The notes beneath the pieces were generated by a model. That model did not search any database. It was not told where the DNA came from and worked only from the letters and a program-made list of their open reading frames with translations. DNA of 64,000 nucleotides from Macrostomum lignano (taxonomy: Eukaryota), in contig NIVC01000662.1 of the NCBI GenBank assembly GCA_002269645.1, positions 124,001 to 188,000 on the forward strand. The letters are read 5' to 3'. This document shows, in pieces, positions 58,981-64,000 of this stretch. Positions within the stretch are counted from its first letter, which is position 1; each line of letters begins with the position of its first letter. The translations under genes and the position numbers were made by a program.

Positions 58981-60049
58981 ATGAACCCATTCAATATTAA
59001 TGACACGGCTACTATGCAAGTTTCATTGACATGATGGCTATGTCTCTAATAGTGACTAGGTCTATACTTATAGACATGGTAGCAGTGTTTATAATGCAGA
59101 AACTTATAGACACTGCCACCATGTCTATAAGTATGGACCTAGTCACTATTAGAAACATGGCTGCCATGTCTATAAATTTCTGCATTATTGACATAGCTGC
59201 TGTTGCTGTATCTCTAAGTGTGGCATATTATTTATATCAAATGCAAGGCTGTATAAATAAATTATATAATTTTAGGCCTAAGTCATATATTTTGTTCACC
59301 TCATTACAATGTGAATAAAAGTATTCTTTGTTCATATTTAATATACAGTTATTGACAATTATATTTTTGTATTGTAATATATTGATCATTTTTTTATTTT
59401 TTTACCTTAATTATTTAATACAATAGGCCTAATCAATAAAGATAGAGGAATAAAGACATCAACACAAAGAATGCACATATGTCAAGTAAAGTAAGAGTAC
59501 AAACAGAAAATAGCCAACAGCAAATCATGGAAATGCTTTAAATAAATCTTAAATGAGAATATATTCTTATAATCTTATTATGTTCTCAATCATATTTCTT
59601 TTTTATAAAAAGCCATTGTGACTCAGACTTACAGACAAATAGTGTCTATTTCAGTTCTCCATTTATAAAGTGGCTTAAGAAATATTTTTTTTATTTTCAG
59701 AGGACATAGGCCCAAATTATTTTAAGCAATTATTACACCTAACAAAGCTTTTAGACTAAAGCAAATATTTTATAACTAGGATTAGGAAGTATTAAAATGT
59801 AGTATAATAATAATATAATATGACTCATAAGAATATAAGTTTCTCTCATTTATGTAGATTATTTAGAAGTAGTAATAAAAATAGTGGCTCAGGCTAAACA
59901 GCCTTTTTGGCCAATACGAGTTAATCTGATATTTTTGTTTTCCAAAATAATCTAGTAATCAAGTATTTTCTATGAAATGATTGAACTTAAATTTGTGCAA
60001 GTTTAAATATTTTCGGTAAAAGCAAAAACAAAGATAACAAAAGGGAAGC

Positions 60050-60180
60050 AAAGTATGTAGATGCGCGATAAAAAGTTTAGTACCAAATTTCTCATTGGTA
60101 GTTGACAAAGATTCCATTGTTCCTATTGGCAGTTGACGAACATTCCAACTACCAATGAATTTTCGTCAACTCTCAGTTGA
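60050..60180. promoter_or_regulatory. Candidate bidirectional promoter patch between ENPP and Bak
   Basis: CpG-retaining patch in a CpG desert, with three CCAAT boxes (CTCATTGG about 60091, CCTATTGG about 60122, ACCAATG about 60151). Inference only. Confidence 0.35.
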
Positions 60181-63034
60181 AAAAAAAAGTTGACAAAAAT
60201 TCTAGGATCCGCTAGGCCTATGCAATAGGGGAGGGGCGTGCTGAAAATTTGGCCTGGATCAGCCGGCTAGAGGGATCATGACCCCTATGCCCCCCCTTGG
60301 CTATGCCCCTGATTAGGATAGACAATAAAGCAATATTATTAGGCTTATGCTATATATAGTTTTAGTAAAACCCTCCTATTTCTGATTCTAAACCATTTTT
60401 ATGGCATGTCTTCTTTCTATGTGATTAGGCCCTAGTCCTTAACTCCTACTCCTATGCTTTATGTTGATGGCTATGGCATGGCTAAGGGTTTAAGTCATGT
60501 GTTTTACTATTAACAAATTTGAAAAGGATGGGGGTTGGTCTAACAGTTGGCTTACATATCTGAAAAGCCTTGGTTGCAATCAAGAAATCAAACTTGAAAA
60601 AAATTAAAATTTGTTTTTGCTAAATTTGCCTAAAGCTATATTAAATTTCTATTGCCAAATTTGTGTGCATCCATGGCTAGTATGGCAATGCCTCAGTGAA
60701 AGTGCACTTGGCCTTGCTGTCCTAGGCAAGATATTATTAGAGATTTCAACAATGAGGGTCCTATGTCTAAGACTTGCCAATAATATTTATATAGAAGATG
60801 AATTTTAATTTTAATAAAAACTAAAATTAAAAATAGGTTTTTTGTAAATAAAATACTTTGGCCTTTGCAATGCAATTTTATAAAAAATGAGTATAAATTA
60901 GAATAAAAAAACATTATAAAAATACTTAAAAAATATTTGTTTGTTTTTATTATATAGCAAAATGAGACATTCTTCTCATATCATTTATTAAATTTATCAT
61001 ATTTTCTCTAAATGAGAAGCTGATTTTAGTATACATGGATATCTCCCAAGCTATTAAAACAGTTAAATTAACAACTTTTTTTAAAGCACTTTTTTCTATC
61101 TCTAGTAGTGCAAAAAAGTGAAGGGCCTAGGCTGCAAGTTAAATTTGTATTTATACTAATATACCAAATAGGTTAGCTAAAATATCTATAATAAGCTAAC
61201 AGCTAGAATTGCCTATGGGAAAGAGCATGGTAGACAAAGGGAGTTGGCTAACTAAAAAATATGAGGCTGAATTGCAAAATAGAAAGTACAAACTTTTAAA
61301 AGATAGAAATCTAACATGTATTATTTGACGTGGTACTGCTGCTTATTGGGAGTGTTTATGGCCTAAAGGGATGAATTGGTTAGATAGAAAGGAAGTCTGA
61401 GCACTTAGACTTATGTTCTTGCTGCTAATTAGTTCTTGCTAAGACCATTAACCAACCATTAAGTCTATCAACATTATGCTAGGAGGCTGCCCTCAAATTG
61501 TTAGGAATTACTAAAGATGGGAAAAAGTACTTTAAAACAAAGTTGCTAATTTTATTGTTTTAATAGCTTGATGTTTATGCATGCAAAAATCAGTTTCTTA
61601 AGCAGATAAAATGTAAAAGAACATTGAGAAAATAGTTTAATAAATGGTTTGAGAAGAATTCCCAAAATGCAAACTATATCCAATATACTAAATTAGGCCT
61701 ATTAGGCCAATGTATTTTTTGTCTTCCATGATAGGCAAATACAAACTATACTCTAATATTATTTTTGTTTATTCTACTATAGTGCTAGTTATCTTTTCTA
61801 AGAGATGTAAGTATAAGCTATAGCTTTGGGTATCACATAGCATGATTTGCAAAAACTTAAGAATTTTTTACCATCCTTTTTGCTAGTATATAATTTTATA
61901 AAGAGCACTAAATATGAACATGCTTTTGTATATACCTATATTAAGGTTAATAGTAAATGTCTGTATTCTCAAAAATAATCACACTAATGCTACCAAGTTA
62001 TACATATGGTCTTGCCTAGTATTTACAATTTCATAGCTGTCAACAAAGTTGTTATAGGGATTTTAAAATAACCATATGCATTTGCTTCTAAGGATTTAAT
62101 AGCTTAAATTATAGCACATTTCTAGTATAGTAGCAGTTAAATATATTATGGCCTAAGCAATCTTTTACATATATGTACTAGTTTCCAATCTGGGCACTAC
62201 CAAGATTAGAGGGCCATAGCACCACTCTTAGTACCTCTTTGCATTGGCTTTCAACTCCAACTCTTCTCTAGTATACCTCTTAGGCCCTTAGCACTATTCT
62301 CAAGATCTGGCTTTGAAATAAATAACAACTTTTTCAAACTTTGAGTATTGTTAAACAACTCAAGACTTAGCCTATGATATAGGTTGGTTTATTTATAGCA
62401 AAACTTGCTCTTATATATAGTTATTTCTCTGTGCATTTTGTACAATAAACCAAAAAGAAACTTAGTTTGATGTCTGGCACAAATTTGATTTTAAAAAAGA
62501 CAATTAAAATATTAGCACTTCTTCATATCAATAGAATAACAAAGCCAACCCTGGTGGTGTCAGGTAGAAACTTATATTTTATAATTGGAGCATTGATTTA
62601 TAGAAATTAATAATCTGATGCCCATGTTTTTGTTGCCATTTTGGCTCATTTTTTCCAAGTTTTAGTATTTTGTCTCATCCAAATGATTTATTATTGAGGT
62701 CGCTGATGTTAGGTATTTGAATTTTTTGAAATATCCAATATGTTGATATGTAGAAACTATAATGCTTAACATTTCATTCAATAACCTATAATATACCCTT
62801 TAAGAGTCTCAACAGCTTACATTTTTTTCATTAGTACTGGGGACTAAATGGGTATAGTACCTGGAGCTGTTATTCAATTATAGATGTTTGAGTGACACTT
62901 TTCTGTTATCTTAACCTTTATATTGATTTTTGTCTTTCTAAATTGTTTTCCAATTCTGTCTAGCTAGCAAAGAAATACCCAGTCCAAACCAAGCCAAGTA
63001 CTGCCTGTGGATATTAGAAGGTCATACATTGGCT

Positions 63035-63289
63035 ATGGCTAGCGGCGGCGACTGCCCAGATGAAAATCAGTTTAACTTCAATCCTGAGGGCATTCCCGAC
63101 ATACCGGTGCGCGACTCGGCCGAAGCTGAAGAGTCCGGAGGAGGCGACTCGGAGGGGGACCATCCGCTGACTCCGCGCGTGTTCTGCGAGCCAGAGAGCC
63201 CGCCAGACACCGAAGAGAATGTTCGACGCCAAACTGACACCGTGTTTCAAGCATTCGTGTTTGAGCGGTATACGCGGGACAGGGAGCAG
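63035..63289 (+). CDS. BAK1: Bak-like pro-apoptotic Bcl-2 family protein, exon 1
   Basis: MASG start; EENVRRQTDTVFQAFVFERYTRDRE resembles human Bak EEQVAQDTEEVFRSYVFYRHQQEQE. Donor CAG|GTGAGG, phase 0. Confidence 0.88.
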
Positions 63290-63679
63290 GTGAGGGGACG
63301 TCTATGGCTTGCTGTATCAAAATTCACATCCCCATGTTGAAATCCCAGGTTTGTTACTTTATATGGAGTTCCTCCATTTTCCTAACAAAACCTCTCTCAG
63401 TAAATTTTTATGATTCCCCTCCCACGACGTAATTCGATAATAATTGATCACACCTGCCCCAATTGGGCCAGATGTGCAACCGACAGCTCAGCCGCAGCTA
63501 TTGCGCGGCGCATCTGAAGGCTGCGTACGGCTGTTCAGTCTAAGGACTGGGAGGTCGCCACACACACACCCTCAATTACCCCAGCGAATGCTGGCACCCA
63601 TTTACAGCTGGGCGAACTGAAGCAATGCAGAGTTGAGTGACACAAATTGTTCCGAGTAGGTCGAGATAAGAACTCCCGA

Positions 63680-63860
63680 GCCCCATCTGGAATTCCCAAT
63701 CTCAATTTCTCCATGTTGACTTCCCAATCTCAAATTCCACATGTTGAATTCCCAATCTCAAATTCCCCATGCTGATTTCCCACATAGAATTCCCCACCAT
63801 GCCAGCACTGCATGCTGAATTCCCACAAAGAATTCCCCACCATATTAGCACTGAATTCCC
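63680..63860. repeat. Degenerate ~28-bp intronic repeat (AATTCCCAATCTCAAATTCCCCATGTTG)
   Basis: About 6 loose copies in Bak intron 1. Confidence 0.7.
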
Positions 63861-63871
63861 GCCATCTGCAG

Positions 63872-64000
63872 GGCCGCTTGCAGCCGGGCGCGCCCAGCTC
63901 GCCTGAGCTCATCCTGCCGCCAGCCGATCCGCTCTCAGTCGAGGCCGGCATCGGTCGTCGCCTAGCCGAAATCGGCGACGAGATTCAACAGCGCTACCAG
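63872..64000 (+). CDS. BAK1: Bak-like exon 2 (BH3), truncated by the window end
   Basis: catctgcag|GGC, phase 0. BH3 GRRLAEIGDEIQQRY resembles Bak GRQLAIIGDDINRRY. Absent from the supplied ORF track. Confidence 0.92.

Overview
Eukaryotic (animal) genomic DNA, not prokaryotic. It has GT-AG introns, an innexin, a Bak-like Bcl-2 gene, GC-rich Ala/Gln/Pro-rich exons and about 20 unrelated minisatellite arrays (about 14 kb, roughly a fifth of the window). This architecture suggests a free-living flatworm such as Macrostomum (inference only). About 10 protein-coding genes can be supported: an SLC16/MCT-like MFS transporter (-, runs off the left edge), an orphan 4-TM protein (+), a 1285-aa low-complexity nuclear protein (-), an intronless innexin (+), a BTB/POZ protein (-), a GRXCR1-like protein (-), TM7SF3 (-, 5 exons resolved with consistent phases), an SLC46-like MFS transporter (+), an ENPP4/5-like ectonucleotide pyrophosphatase (-, 4 exons) and Bak (+, runs off the right edge). 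Mobile DNA comprises a decayed PHD-finger MULE with TIRs, Tc1/mariner-derived foldbacks, several hAT MITEs with 8-bp TSDs, and possible LINE and Crypton remnants. The most notable structure is fourfold. (1) Sharply bounded CpG-depleted, TpA-rich domains in which TE copies decay by C>T/G>A, with a CpG-retaining CCAAT patch midway between ENPP and Bak. (2) A CCATAGAC motif shared by five otherwise dissimilar palindromic elements of two TE superfamilies around the innexin. (3) A Tc1 foldback built from two left ends. (4) Minisatellites made of canonical TF motifs (TCAAGGTCA, AGCCAATGAG). I found no clear novel multi-gene system. All gene calls come from motif recognition by eye, without database searches.
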